DNA of 64,000 bases from Gordius albopunctatus (lineage: Eukaryota), in NCBI GenBank assembly GCA_964276515.1, contig OZ193909.1, forward strand, positions 9,858,001-9,922,000, written 5' to 3'. Shown here one piece after another: positions 26,801 to 40,132 of the stretch (positions are counted from its first letter, which is position 1; each line of letters opens with the position of its first letter). Under the pieces are notes generated by a model. That model was given only the letters and a program-made list of their open reading frames with translations, did no database searches and was not told the DNA's origin. The translations under genes were made by a program, and so were the position numbers.

Positions 26801-27852
26801 GTCGAAAAAAATATTTATTTTCATATTCTATCAAAAGGGGGCTGAAAGAATCTTTAAAAGTTAGTAAATATTCTTAGCATCATGTCCTTGTTAGAATCCG
26901 TATGATAATTTTTGCACGGGGTGAGGTTTTAGATTGAGAGAAACTAAACTTTTCGTGTTGCGTTTAGATTGTTTCAAAATCGCTTTCTAAGCGTGTCTCT
27001 AGTTTTTGAGAAACAAACTCTATTTGATCGTGATTTAAAGTTAATAATTTTTGAGGACGATCAAAAATTTTTCACTAATTGACCTCTGATATCAAATCTT
27101 TCATGACGGCTATATTGTTGAACAAAAAAATTGAAAAAATTTTGATGTCGAAAAAAATATTTATTTTCCTATTCTTTCGAAAGGGGGATGAAAAAATCTT
27201 TAAAATTTAGAAACTAAACTTTTCGTGTTGCGTTTAGATTGTTTCAAAATCGCTTTCTAAGCGTGTCTCTAGTTTTTGTGAAACAAACTCTATTTGATCG
27301 TGATTTAAAGTTAATAATTTTTGAGGACTGATCAAAAAATTTTTCACTAATTGACCTCTGATATCAAAAACTTTCATGACGGCTATATTGTTGAACAAAA
27401 AAATTGAAAAATTTTTGAAGTCGAAAAAAATATTTATTTTCATATTCTATCAAAAGGGGGCTGAAAGAATCTTTAAAAGTTAGTAAATATTCTTAGCATC
27501 ATGTCCTTGTTAGAATCCGTATGATAATTTTTGCACGGGGTGAGGTTTTAGATTGAGAGAAACTAAACTTTTCGTGTTGCGTTTAGATTGTTTCAAAATC
27601 GCTTTCTAAGCGTGTCTCTAGTTTTTGAGAAACAAACTCTATTTGATCGTGATTTAAAGTTAATAATTTTTGAGGACGATCAAAAATTTTTCACTAATTG
27701 ACCTCTGATATCAAATCTTTCATGACGGCTATATTGTTGAACAAAAAAATTGAAAAAATTTTGATGTCGAAAAAAATATTTATTTTCCTATTTTTTCGAA
27801 AGGGTGATGAAAAAATCTTTAAAATTTAGAAACTAAACTTTTCGTGTTGCGT

Positions 27853-30800
27853 TTAGATTGTTTCAAAATCGCTTTCTAAGCGTGTCTCTAGTTTTTGAGA
27901 AACAAACTCTATTTGATCGTGATTTAAAGTTAATAATTTTTGAGGACGATCAAAAATTTTTCACTAATTGACCTCTGATATCAAATCTTTCATGACGGCT
28001 ATATTGTTGAACAAAAAAATTGAAAAAATTTTGATGTCGAAAAAAATATTTATTTTCCTATTCTTTCGAAAGGGGGATGAAAAAATCTTTAAAATTTAGA
28101 AACTAAACTTTTCGTGTTGCGTTTAGATTGTTTCAAAATCGCTTTCTAAGCGTGTCTCTAGTTTTTGTGAAACAAACTCTATTTGATCGTGATTTAAAGT
28201 TAATAATTTTTGAGGACTGATCAAAAAATTTTTCACTAATTGACCTCTGATATCAAAAACTTTCATGACGGCTATATTGTTGAACAAAAAAATTGAAAAA
28301 TTTTTGAAGTCGAAAAAAATATTTATTTTCATATTCTATCAAAAGGGGGCTGAAAGAATCTTTAAAAGTTAGTAAATATTCTTAGCATCATGTCCTTGTT
28401 AGAATCCGTATGATAATTTTTGCACGGGGTGAGGTTTTAGATTGAGAGAAACTAAACTTTTCGTGTTGCGTTTAGATTGTTTCAAAATCGCTTTCTAAGC
28501 GTGTCTCTAGTTTTTGAGAAACAAACTCTATTTGATCGTGATTTAAAGTTAATAATTTTTGAGGACGATCAAAAATTTTTCACTAATTGACCTCTGATAT
28601 CAAATCTTTCATGACGGCTATATTGTTGAACAAAAAAATTGAAAAAATTTTGATGTCGAAAAAAATATTTATTTTCCTATTTTTTCGAAAGGGTGATGAA
28701 AAAATCTTTAAAATTTAGAAACTAAACTTTTCGTGTTGCGTTTAGATTGTTTCAAAATCGCTTTCTAAGCGTGTCTCTAGTTTTTGTGAAACAAACTCTA
28801 TTTGATCGTGATTTAAAGTTAATAATTTTTGAGGACTGATCAAAAAATTTTTCACTAATTGACCTCTGATATCAAAAACTTTCATGACGGCTATATTGTT
28901 GAACAAAAAAATTGAAAAAATTTTGATGTCGAAAAAAATATTTATTTTCCTATTCTTTCGAAAGGGGGATGAAAAAATCTTTAAAATTAAGAAACTAAAC
29001 TTTTCGGGTTGCGTTTTGATTGTTTCAAAATCGCTTTCTAAGCGTGTCTCTAGTTTTTGTGAAACAAACTCTATTTGATCGTGATTTAAAGTTAATAATT
29101 TTTGAGGACTGATCAAAAAATTTTTCACTAATTGACCTCTGATATCAAAAACTTTCATGACGGCTATATTGTTGAACAAAAAAATTGAAAAATTTTTGAA
29201 GTCGAAAAAAATATTTATTTTCATATTCTATCAAAAGGGGGCTGAAAGAATCTTTAAAAGTTAGTAAATATTCTTAGCATCATGTCCTTGTTAGAATCCG
29301 TATGATAATTTTTGCACGGGGTGAGGTTTTAGATTGAGAGAAACTAAACTTTTCGTGTTGCGTTTAGATTGTTTCAAAATCGCTTTCTAAGCGTGTCTCT
29401 AGTTTTTGAGAAACAAACTCTATTTGATCGTGATTTAAAGTTAATAATTTTTGAGGACGATCAAAAATTTTTCACTAATTGACCTCTGATATCAAATCTT
29501 TCATGACGGCTATATTGTTGAACAAAAAAATTGAAAAAATTTTGATGTCGAAAAAAATATTTATTTTCCTATTCTTTCGAAAGGGTGATGAAAAAATCTT
29601 TAAAATTTAGAAACTAAACTTTTCGTGTTGCGTTTAGATTGTTTCAAAATCGCTTTCTAAGCGTGTCTCTAGTTTTTGTGAAACAAACTCTATTTGATCG
29701 TGATTTAAAGTTAATAATTTTTGAGGACTGATCAAAAAATTTTTCACTAATTGACCTCTGATATCAAAAACTTTCATGACGGCTATATTGTTGAACAAAA
29801 AAATTGAAAAAATTTTGATGTCGAAAAAAATATTTATTTTCCTATTCTTTCGAAAGGGGGATGAAAAAATCTTTAAAATTAAGAAACTAAACTTTTCGGG
29901 TTGCGTTTAGATTGTTTCAAAATCGCTTTCTAAGCGTGTCTCTAGTTTTTGTGAAACAAACTCTATTTGATCGTGATTTAAAGTTAATAATTTTTGAGGA
30001 CTGATCAAAAAATTTTTCACTAATTGACCTCTGATATCAAAAACTTTGATGACGGCTATATTGTTGAACAAAAAAATTTCAAAAAATTTTGATGTCGAAA
30101 AAAATATTTATTTTCCTATTCTTTCGAAAGGGGGATGAAAAAATCTTTAAAATTTAGAAACTAAACTTTTCGGGTTGCGTTTAGATTGTTTCAAAATCGC
30201 TTTCTAAGCGTGTCTCTAGTTTTTGTGAAACAAACTCTATTTGATCGTGATTTAAAGTTAATAATTTTTGAGGACTGATCAAAAAATTTTTCACTAATTG
30301 ACCTCTGATATCAAAAACTTTCATGACGGCTATATTGTTGAACAAAAAAATTGAAAAATTTTTGAAGTCGAAAAAAATATTTATTTTCATATTCTATCAA
30401 AAGGGGGCTGAAAGAATCTTTAAAAGTTAGAAACTAAACTTTTCGGGTTGCGTTTAGATTGTTTCAAAATCGCTTTCTAAGCGTGTCTCTAGTTTTTGAG
30501 AAACAAACTCTATTTGATCGTGATTTAAAGTTAATAATTTTTGAGGACTGATCAAAAATTTTTTTCACTAATTGACCTCTGATATCATAAACTTTCATGA
30601 CGGCTATATTGTTGAACAAAAAAATTGAAAAAATTTTGATGTCGAAAAAAATATTTATTTTCATATTCTATCGAAAGTGTGCTGAAAGAATCTTTAAAAT
30701 TTAGAAACTAAACTTTTCGTGTTGCGTTTAGATTGTTTCAAAATAGCTTTCTAAGCGTGTCTCTAGTTTTTGTGAAACAAACTCTATTTGATCGTGATTT

Positions 30801-33800
30801 AAAGTTAATAATTTTTGAGGACTGATCAAAAAAATTTTTCTCTAATTGACCTCTGATATCAAAAACTTTCATGACGGCTATATTGTTGAACAAAAAAATT
30901 GAAAAATTTTTGAAGTCGAAAAAAATATTTATTTTCATATTCTATCAAAAAGGGGCTGAAAGAATTTTTAAAAGTTAGTAAATATTCTTAGCATCATGTC
31001 CTTGTTAGAATCCGTATGATAATTTTTGCACGGGGTGAGGTTTTAGATTGAGAGAAACTAAACTTTTCGTGTTGCGTTTAGATTGTTTCAAAATCGCTTT
31101 CTAAGCGTGTCTCTAGTTTTTGTGAAACAAACTCTATTTGATCGTGATTTAAAGTTAATAATTTTTGAGGACTGATCAAAAATTTTTTCACTAATTGACC
31201 TCTGATATCAAAAACTTTCATGACGGCTATATTGTTGAACAAAAAAATTGAAAAAATTTTGATGTCGAAAAAAATATTTATTTTCCTATTCTTTCGAAAG
31301 GGGGATGAAAAAATCTTTAAAATTTAGAAACTAAACTTTTCGTGTTGCGTTTAGATTGTTTCAAAATCGCTTTCTAAGCGTGTCTCTAGTTTTTGTGAAA
31401 CAAACTCTATTTGATCGTGATTTAAAGTTAATAATTTTTGAGGACGATCAAAAATTTTTCACTAATTGACCTCTGATATCAAATCTTTCATGACGGCTAT
31501 ATTGTTGAACAAAAAAATTGAAAAAATTTTGATGTCGAAAAAAATATTTATTTTCCTATTCTTTCGAAAGGGGGATGAAAAAATCTTTAAAATTTAGAAA
31601 CTAAACTTTTCGTGTTGCGTTTAGATTGTTTCAAAATCGCTTTCTAAGCGTGTCTCTAGTTTTTGTGAAACAAACTCTATTTGATCGTGATTTAAAGTTA
31701 ATAATTTTTGAGGACTGATCAAAAAATTTTTCACTAATTGACCTCTGATATCAAAAACTTTCATGACGGCTATATTGTTGAACAAAAAAATTGAAAAATT
31801 TTTGAAGTCGAAAAAAATATTTATTTTCATATTCTATCAAAAGGGGGCTGAAAGAATCTTTAAAAGTTAGTAAATATTCTTAGCATCATGTCCTTGTTAG
31901 AATCCGTATGATAATTTTTGCACGGGGTGAGGTTTTAGATTGAGAGAAACTAAACTTTTCGTGTTGCGTTTAGATTGTTTCAAAATCGCTTTCTAAGCGT
32001 GTCTCTAGTTTTTGAGAAACAAACTCTATTTGATCGTGATTTAAAGTTAATAATTTTTGAGGACGATCAAAAATTTTTCACTAATTGACCTCTGATATCA
32101 AATCTTTCATGACGGCTATATTGTTGAACAAAAAAATTGAAAAAATTTTGATGTCGAAAAAAATATTTATTTTCCTATTTTTTCGAAAGGGTGATGAAAA
32201 AATCTTTAAAATTTAGAAACTAAACTTTTCGTGTTGCGTTTAGATTGTTTCAAAATCGCTTTCTAAGCGTGTCTCTAGTTTTTGTGAAACAAACTCTATT
32301 TGATCGTGATTTAAAGTTAATAATTTTTGAGGACTGATCAAAAAATTTTTCACTAATTGACCTCTGATATCAAAAACTTTCATGACGGCTATATTGTTGA
32401 ACAAAAAAATTGAAAAAATTTTGATGTCGAAAAAAATATTTATTTTCCTATTCTTTCGAAAGGGGGATGAAAAAATCTTTAAAATTAAGAAACTAAACTT
32501 TTCGGGTTGCGTTTTGATTGTTTCAAAATCGCTTTCTAAGCGTGTCTCTAGTTTTTGTGAAACAAACTCTATTTGATCGTGATTTAAAGTTAATAATTTT
32601 TGAGGACTGATCAAAAAATTTTTCACTAATTGACCTCTGATATCAAAAACTTTCATGACGGCTATATTGTTGAACAAAAAAATTGAAAAATTTTTGAAGT
32701 CGAAAAAAATATTTATTTTCATATTCTATCAAAAGGGGGCTGAAAGAATCTTTAAAAGTTAGTAAATATTCTTAGCATCATGTCCTTGTTAGAATCCGTA
32801 TGATAATTTTTGCACGGGGTGAGGTTTTAGATTGAGAGAAACTAAACTTTTCGTGTTGCGTTTAGATTGTTTCAAAATCGCTTTCTAAGCGTGTCTCTAG
32901 TTTTTGAGAAACAAACTCTATTTGATCGTGATTTAAAGTTAATAATTTTTGAGGACGATCAAAAATTTTTCACTAATTGACCTCTGATATCAAATCTTTC
33001 ATGACGGCTATATTGTTGAACAAAAAAATTGAAAAAATTTTGATGTCGAAAAAAATATTTATTTTCCTATTCTTTCGAAAGGGTGATGAAAAAATCTTTA
33101 AAATTTAGAAACTAAACTTTTCGTGTTGCGTTTAGATTGTTTCAAAATCGCTTTCTAAGCGTGTCTCTAGTTTTTGTGAAACAAACTCTATTTGATCGTG
33201 ATTTAAAGTTAATAATTTTTGAGGACTGATCAAAAAATTTTTCACTAATTGACCTCTGATATCAAAAACTTTCATGACGGCTATATTGTTGAACAAAAAA
33301 ATTGAAAAAATTTTGATGTCGAAAAAAATATTTATTTTCCTATTCTTTCGAAAGGGGGATGAAAAAATCTTTAAAATTAAGAAACTAAACTTTTCGGGTT
33401 GCGTTTAGATTGTTTCAAAATCGCTTTCTAAGCGTGTCTCTAGTTTTTGTGAAACAAACTCTATTTGATCGTGATTTAAAGTTAATAATTTTTGAGGACT
33501 GATCAAAAATTTTTTTCACTAATTGACCTCTGATATCATAAACTTTCATGACGGCTATATTGTTGAACAAAAAAATTCAAAAAATTTTGATGTCGAAAAA
33601 AATATTTATTTTCCTATTCTTTCGAAAGGGGGATGAAAAAATCTTTAAAATTTAGAAACTAAACTTTTCGTGTTGCGTTTAGATTGTTTCAAAATCGCTT
33701 TCTAAGCGTGTCTCTAGTTTTTGTGAAACAAACTCTATTTGATCGTGATTTAAAGTTAATAATTTTTGAGGACTGATCAAAAAATTTTTCACTAATTGAC

Positions 33801-36100
33801 CTCTGATATCAAAAACTTTCATGACGGCTATATTGTTGAACAAAAAAATTGAAAAATTTTTGAAGTCGAAAAAAATATTTATTTTCATATTCTATCAAAA
33901 GGGGGCTGAAAGAATCTTTAAAAGTTAGTAAATATTCTTAGCATCATGTCCTTGTTAGAATCCGTATGATAATTTTTGCACGGGGTGAGGTTTTAGATTG
34001 AGAGAAACTAAACTTTTCGTGTTGCGTTTAGATTGTTTCAAAATCGCTTTCTAAGCGTGTCTCTAGTTTTTGAGAAACAAACTCTATTTGATCGTGATTT
34101 AAAGTTAATAATTTTTGAGGACGATCAAAAATTTTTCACTAATTGACCTCTGATATCAAATCTTTCATGACGGCTATATTGTTGAACAAAAAAATTGAAA
34201 AAATTTTGATGTCGAAAAAAATATTTATTTTCCTATTCTTTCGAAAGGGTGATGAAAAAATCTTTAAAATTTAGAAACTAAACTTTTCGTGTTGCGTTTA
34301 GATTGTTTCAAAATCGCTTTCTAAGCGTGTCTCTAGTTTTTGTGAAACAAACTCTATTTGATCGTGATTTAAAGTTAATAATTTTTGAGGACTGATCAAA
34401 AAATTTTTCACTAATTGACCTCTGATATCAAAAACTTTCATGACGGCTATATTGTTGAACAAAAAAATTGAAAAAATTTTGATGTCGAAAAAAATATTTA
34501 TTTTCCTATTCTTTCGAAAGGGGGATGAAAAAATCTTTAAAATTAAGAAACTAAACTTTTCGGGTTGCGTTTAGATTGTTTCAAAATCGCTTTCTAAGCG
34601 TGTCTCTAGTTTTTGTGAAACAAACTCTATTTGATCGTGATTTAAAGTTAATAATTTTTGAGGACTGATCAAAAAATTTTTCACTAATTGACCTCTGATA
34701 TCAAAAACTTTGATGACGGCTATATTGTTGAACAAAAAAATTTCAAAAAATTTTGATGTCGAAAAAAATATTTATTTTCCTATTCTTTCGAAAGGGGGAT
34801 GAAAAAATCTTTAAAATTTAGAAACTAAACTTTTCGGGTTGCGTTTAGATTGTTTCAAAATCGCTTTCTAAGCGTGTCTCTAGTTTTTGTGAAACAAACT
34901 CTATTTGATCGTGATTTAAAGTTAATAATTTTTGAGGACTGATCAAAAAATTTTTCACTAATTGACCTCTGATATCAAAAACTTTCATGACGGCTATATT
35001 GTTGAACAAAAAAATTGAAAAATTTTTGAAGTCGAAAAAAATATTTATTTTCATATTCTATCAAAAGGGGGCTGAAAGAATCTTTAAAAGTTAGAAACTA
35101 AACTTTTCGGGTTGCGTTTAGATTGTTTCAAAATCGCTTTCTAAGCGTGTCTCTAGTTTTTGAGAAACAAACTCTATTTGATCGTGATTTAAAGTTAATA
35201 ATTTTTGAGGACTGATCAAAAATTTTTTTCACTAATTGACCTCTGATATCATAAACTTTCATGACGGCTATATTGTTGAACAAAAAAATTGAAAAAATTT
35301 TGATGTCGAAAAAAATATTTATTTTCATATTCTATCGAAAGTGTGCTGAAAGAATCTTTAAAATTTAGAAACTAAACTTTTCGTGTTGCGTTTAGATTGT
35401 TTCAAAATAGCTTTCTAAGCGTGTCTCTAGTTTTTGTGAAACAAACTCTATTTGATCGTGATTTAAAGTTAATAATTTTTGAGGACTGATCAAAAAAATT
35501 TTTCTCTAATTGACCTCTGATATCAAAAACTTTCATGACGGCTATATTGTTGAACAAAAAAATTGAAAAATTTTTGAAGTCGAAAAAAATATTTATTTTC
35601 ATATTCTATCAAAAAGGGGCTGAAAGAATTTTTAAAAGTTAGTAAATATTCTTAGCATCATGTCCTTGTTAGAATCCGTATGATAATTTTTGCACGGGGT
35701 GAGGTTTTAGATTGAGAGAAACTAAACTTTTCGTGTTGCGTTTAGATTGTTTCAAAATCGCTTTCTAAGCGTGTCTCTAGTTTTTGTGAAACAAACTCTA
35801 TTTGATCGTGATTTAAAGTTAATAATTTTTGAGGACTGATCAAAAATTTTTTCACTAATTGACCTCTGATATCAAAAACTTTCATGACGGCTATATTGTT
35901 GAACAAAAAAATTGAAAAAATTTTGATGTCGAAAAAAATATTTATTTTCCTATTCTTTCGAAAGGGGGATGAAAAAATCTTTAAAATTTAGAAACTAAAC
36001 TTTTCGTGTTGCGTTTAGATTGTTTCAAAATCGCTTTCTAAGCGTGTCTCTAGTTTTTGTGAAACAAACTCTATTTGATCGTGATTTAAAGTTAATAATT
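27853..36100 (+). repeat. 12-monomer HOR (3 long + 9 short), period 3498 bp; second copy carries an extra 1166-bp 4-mer
   Basis: Matching monomers at 28123/31621 and 28742/32240 (offset 3498; shared private variant GCGTTTTGATTG), then 30464/35128 and 30738/35402 (offset 4664 = 3498 + 1166). Boundaries are approximate. Confidence 0.82.
28742..29014 (+). repeat. Representative short monomer (273 bp)
   Basis: One full period lacking the 76-bp segment, with linked alleles GATGTCG, CCTATTCTTTCGAAA and GGGGGATGAAAAAATC. Confidence 0.97.
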
Positions 36101-39100
36101 TTTGAGGACTGATCAAAAAATTTTTCACTAATTGACCTCTGATATCAAAAACTTTCATGACGGCTATATTGTTGAACAAAAAAATTGAAAAAATTTTGAT
36201 GTCGAAAAAAATATTTATTTTCCTATTCTTTCGAAAGGGGGATGAAAAAATCTTTAAAATTAAGAAACTAAACTTTTCGGGTTGCGTTTAGATTGTTTCA
36301 AAATCGCTTTCTAAGCGTGTCTCTAGTTTTTGTGAAACAAACTCTATTTGATCGTGATTTAAAGTTAATAATTTTTGAGGACTGATCAAAAAATTTTTCA
36401 CTAATTGACCTCTGATATCAAAAACTTTGATGACGGCTATATTGTTGAACAAAAAAATTTCAAAAAATTTTGATGTCGAAAAAAATATTTATTTTCCTAT
36501 TCTTTCGAAAGGGGGATGAAAAAATCTTTAAAATTTAGAAACTAAACTTTTCGGGTTGCGTTTAGATTGTTTCAAAATCGCTTTCTAAGCGTGTCTCTAG
36601 TTTTTGTGAAACAAACTCTATTTGATCGTGATTTAAAGTTAATAATTTTTGAGGACTGATCAAAAAATTTTTCACTAATTGACCTCTGATATCAAAAACT
36701 TTGATGACGGCTATATTGTTGAACAAAAAAATTTCAAAAAATTTTGATGTCGAAAAAAATATTTATTTTCCTATTCTTTCGAAAGGGGGATGAAAAAATC
36801 TTTAAAATTTAGAAACTAAACTTTTCGGGTTGCGTTTAGATTGTTTCAAAATCGCTTTCTAAGCGTGTCTCTAGTTTTTGAGAAACAAACTCTATTTGAT
36901 CGTGATTTAAAGTTAATAATTTTTGAGGACTGATCAAAAATTTTTTTCACTAATTGACCTCTGATATCATAAACTTTCATGACGGCTATATTGTTGAACA
37001 AAAAAATTGAAAAAATTTTGATGTCGAAAAAAATATTTATTTTCATATTCTATCGAAAGTGTGCTGAAAGAATCTTTAAAATTTAGAAACTAAACTTTTC
37101 GTGTTGCGTTTAGATTGTTTCAAAATAGCTTTCTAAGCGTGTCTCTAGTTTTTGTGAAACAAACTCTATTTGATCGTGATTTAAAGTTAATAATTTTTGA
37201 GGACTGATCAAAAAAATTTTTCTCTAATTGACCTCTGATATCAAAAACTTTCATGACGGCTATATTGTTGAACAAAAAAATTGAAAAATTTTTGAAGTCG
37301 AAAAAAATATTTATTTTCATATTCTATCAAAAAGGGGCTGAAAGAATTTTTAAAAGTTAGTAAATATTCTTAGCATCATGTCCTTGTTAGAATCCGTATG
37401 ATAATTTTTGCACGGGGTGAGGTTTTAGATTGAGAGAAACTAAACTTTTCGTGTTGCGTTTAGATTGTTTCAAAATCGCTTTCTAAGCGTGTCTCTAGTT
37501 TTTGTGAAACAAACTCTATTTGATCGTGATTTAAAGTTAATAATTTTTGAGGACTGATCAAAAATTTTTTCACTAATTGACCTCTGATATCAAAAACTTT
37601 CATGACGGCTATATTGTTGAACAAAAAAATTGAAAAAATTTTGATGTCGAAAAAAATATTTATTTTCCTATTCTTTCGAAAGGGGGATGAAAAAATCTTT
37701 AAAATTTAGAAACTAAACTTTTCGTGTTGCGTTTAGATTGTTTCAAAATCGCTTTCTAAGCGTGTCTCTAGTTTTTGTGAAACAAACTCTATTTGATCGT
37801 GATTTAAAGTTAATAATTTTTGAGGACGATCAAAAATTTTTCACTAATTGACCTCTGATATCAAAAACTTTCATGACGGCTATATTGTTGAACAAAAAAA
37901 TTCAAAAAATTTTGATGTCGAAAAAAATATTTATTTTCCTATTCTTTCGAAAGGGGGAAGAAAAAATCTTTAAAATTTAGAAACTAAACTTTTCGTGTTG
38001 CGTTTAGATTGTTTCAAAATCGCTTTCTAAGCGTGTCTCTAGTTTTTGTGAAACAAACTCTATTTGATCGTGATTTAAAGTTAATAATTTTTGAGGACTG
38101 ATCAAAAAATTTTTCACTAATTGACCTCTGATATCAAAAACTTTCATGACGGCTATATTGTTGAACAAAAAAATTGAAAAATTTTTGAAGTCTAAAAAAA
38201 TATTTATTTTCATATTCTATCAAAAGGGGGCTGAAAGAATTTTTAAAAGTTAGTAAATATTCTTAGCATGATGTCCTTGTTAGAATCCGTATGATAATTT
38301 TTGCACGGGGTGAGGTTTTAGATTGAGAGAAACTAAACTTTTCGTGTTGCGTTTAGATTGTTTCAAAATCGCTTTCTAAGCGTGTCTCTAGTTTTTGAGA
38401 AACAAACTCTATTTGATCGTGATTTAAAGTTAATAATTTTTGAGGACGATCAAAAATTTTTCACTAATTGACCTCTGATATCAAATCTTTCATGACGGCT
38501 ATATTGTTGAACAAAAAAATTGAAAAAATTTTGATGTCGAAAAAAATATTTATTTTCCTATTCTTTCGAAAGGGGGATGAAAAAATCTTTAAAACTTAGA
38601 AACTAAACTTTTCGTGTTGCGTTTAGATTGTTTCAAAATCGCTTTCTAAGCGTGTCTCTAGTTTTTGTGAAACAAACTCTATTTGATCGTGATTTAAAGT
38701 TAATAATTTTTGAGGACTGATCAAAAATTTTTTTCACTAATTGACCTCTGATATCATAAACTTTCATGACGGCTATATTGTTGAACAAAAAAATTCAAAA
38801 AATTTTGATGTCGAAAAAAATATTTATTTTCCTATTCTTTCGAAAAGGGGATGAAAAAATCTTTAAAATTTAGAAACTAAACTTTTCGTGTTGCGTTTAG
38901 ATTGTTTCAAAATCGCTTTCTAAGCGTGTCTCTAGTTTTTGTGAAACAAACTCTATTTGATCGTGATTTAAAGTTAATAATTTTTGAGGACTGATCAAAA
39001 AATTTTTCACTAATTGACCTCTGATATCAAAAACTTTCATGACGGCTATATTGTTGAACAAAAAAATTGAAAAATTTTTGAAGTCGAAAAAAATATTTAT

Positions 39101-39932
39101 TTTCATATTCTATCAAAAGGGGGCTGAAAGAATTTTTAAAAGTTAGTAAATATTCTTAGCATCATGTCCTTGTTAGAATCCGTATGATAATTTTTGCACG
39201 GGGTGAGGTTTTAGATTGAGAGAAACTAAACTTTTCGTGTTGCGTTTAGATTGTTTCAAAATCGCTTTCTAAGCGTGTCTCTAGTTTTTGAGAAACAAAC
39301 TCTATTTGATCGTGATTTAAAGTTAATAATTTTTGAGGACGATCAAAAATTTTTCACTAATTGACCTCTGATATCAAATCTTTCATGACGGCTATATTGT
39401 TGAACAAAAAAATTGAAAAAATTTTGATGTCGAAAAAAATATTTATTTTCCTATTCTTTCGAAAGGGGGATGAAAAAATCTTTAAAATTTAGAAACTAAA
39501 CTTTTCGTGTTGCGTTTAGATTGTTTCAAAATCGCTTTCTAAGCGTGTCTCTAGTTTTTGTGAAACAAACTCTATTTGATCGTGATTTAAAGTTAATAAT
39601 TTTTGAGGACTGATCAAAAATTTTTTTCACTAATTGACCTCTGATATCATAAACTTTCATGACGGCTATATTGTTGAACAAAAAAATTGAAAAAATTTTG
39701 ATGTCGAAAAAAATATTTATTTTCATATTCTATCGAAAGGGTGCTGAAAGAATCTTTAAAATTTAGAAACTAAACTTTTCGTGTTGCGTTTAGATTGTTT
39801 CAAAATAGCTTTCTAAGCGTGTCTCTAGTTTTTGCGAAACAAACTCTATGTGATCGTGATTTAAAGTTAATAATTTTTGAGGACTGATCAAAAAAATTTT
39901 TCTCTAATTGACCTCTGATATCAAAAACTTTC

Positions 39933-40132
39933 NNNNNNNNNNNNNNNNNNNNNNNNNNNNNNNNNNNNNNNNNNNNNNNNNNNNNNNNNNNNNNNNNNNN
40001 NNNNNNNNNNNNNNNNNNNNNNNNNNNNNNNNNNNNNNNNNNNNNNNNNNNNNNNNNNNNNNNNNNNNNNNNNNNNNNNNNNNNNNNNNNNNNNNNNNNN
40101 NNNNNNNNNNNNNNNNNNNNNNNNNNNNNNNN
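39933..40132. other. Assembly/scaffold gap of exactly 200 N
   Basis: Run of 200 N. A round fixed size is typical of a scaffolding join whose true length is unknown. Confidence 0.98.

Larger units (their letters stand above)
1..39932 (+). repeat. Tandem satellite array, left block: mixed long (~349 bp) and short (~272 bp) monomers, roughly 130 copies
   Basis: The motif TTAGATTGTTTCAAAATCGCTTTCTAAGCGTGTCTCTAG recurs without interruption, spaced 349 bp (111 to 460) or about 270-274 bp (28742 to 29015 = 273). No unique sequence lies between copies. Strand is assigned arbitrarily to show orientation relative to the right block. Confidence 0.99.

Noticed and set aside
28742..29224. 160-aa ORF (also 32240-32722) and the overlapping 64-aa plus-strand ORF
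   Set aside because: One substitution (TTTAG to TTTTG) removes the stop codon and lets the frame run through a 273-bp monomer, which is divisible by 3. The second copy is simply the HOR duplicate.
111..39726. Dozens of near-identical 66-72 aa minus-strand ORFs (MKINIFFDFKNF...)
   Set aside because: They are translations of the satellite monomer. They are rich in F/K/I/N from A/T tracts, resemble no protein family I recognise, and are freely frameshifted or lose their start codon in most copies.
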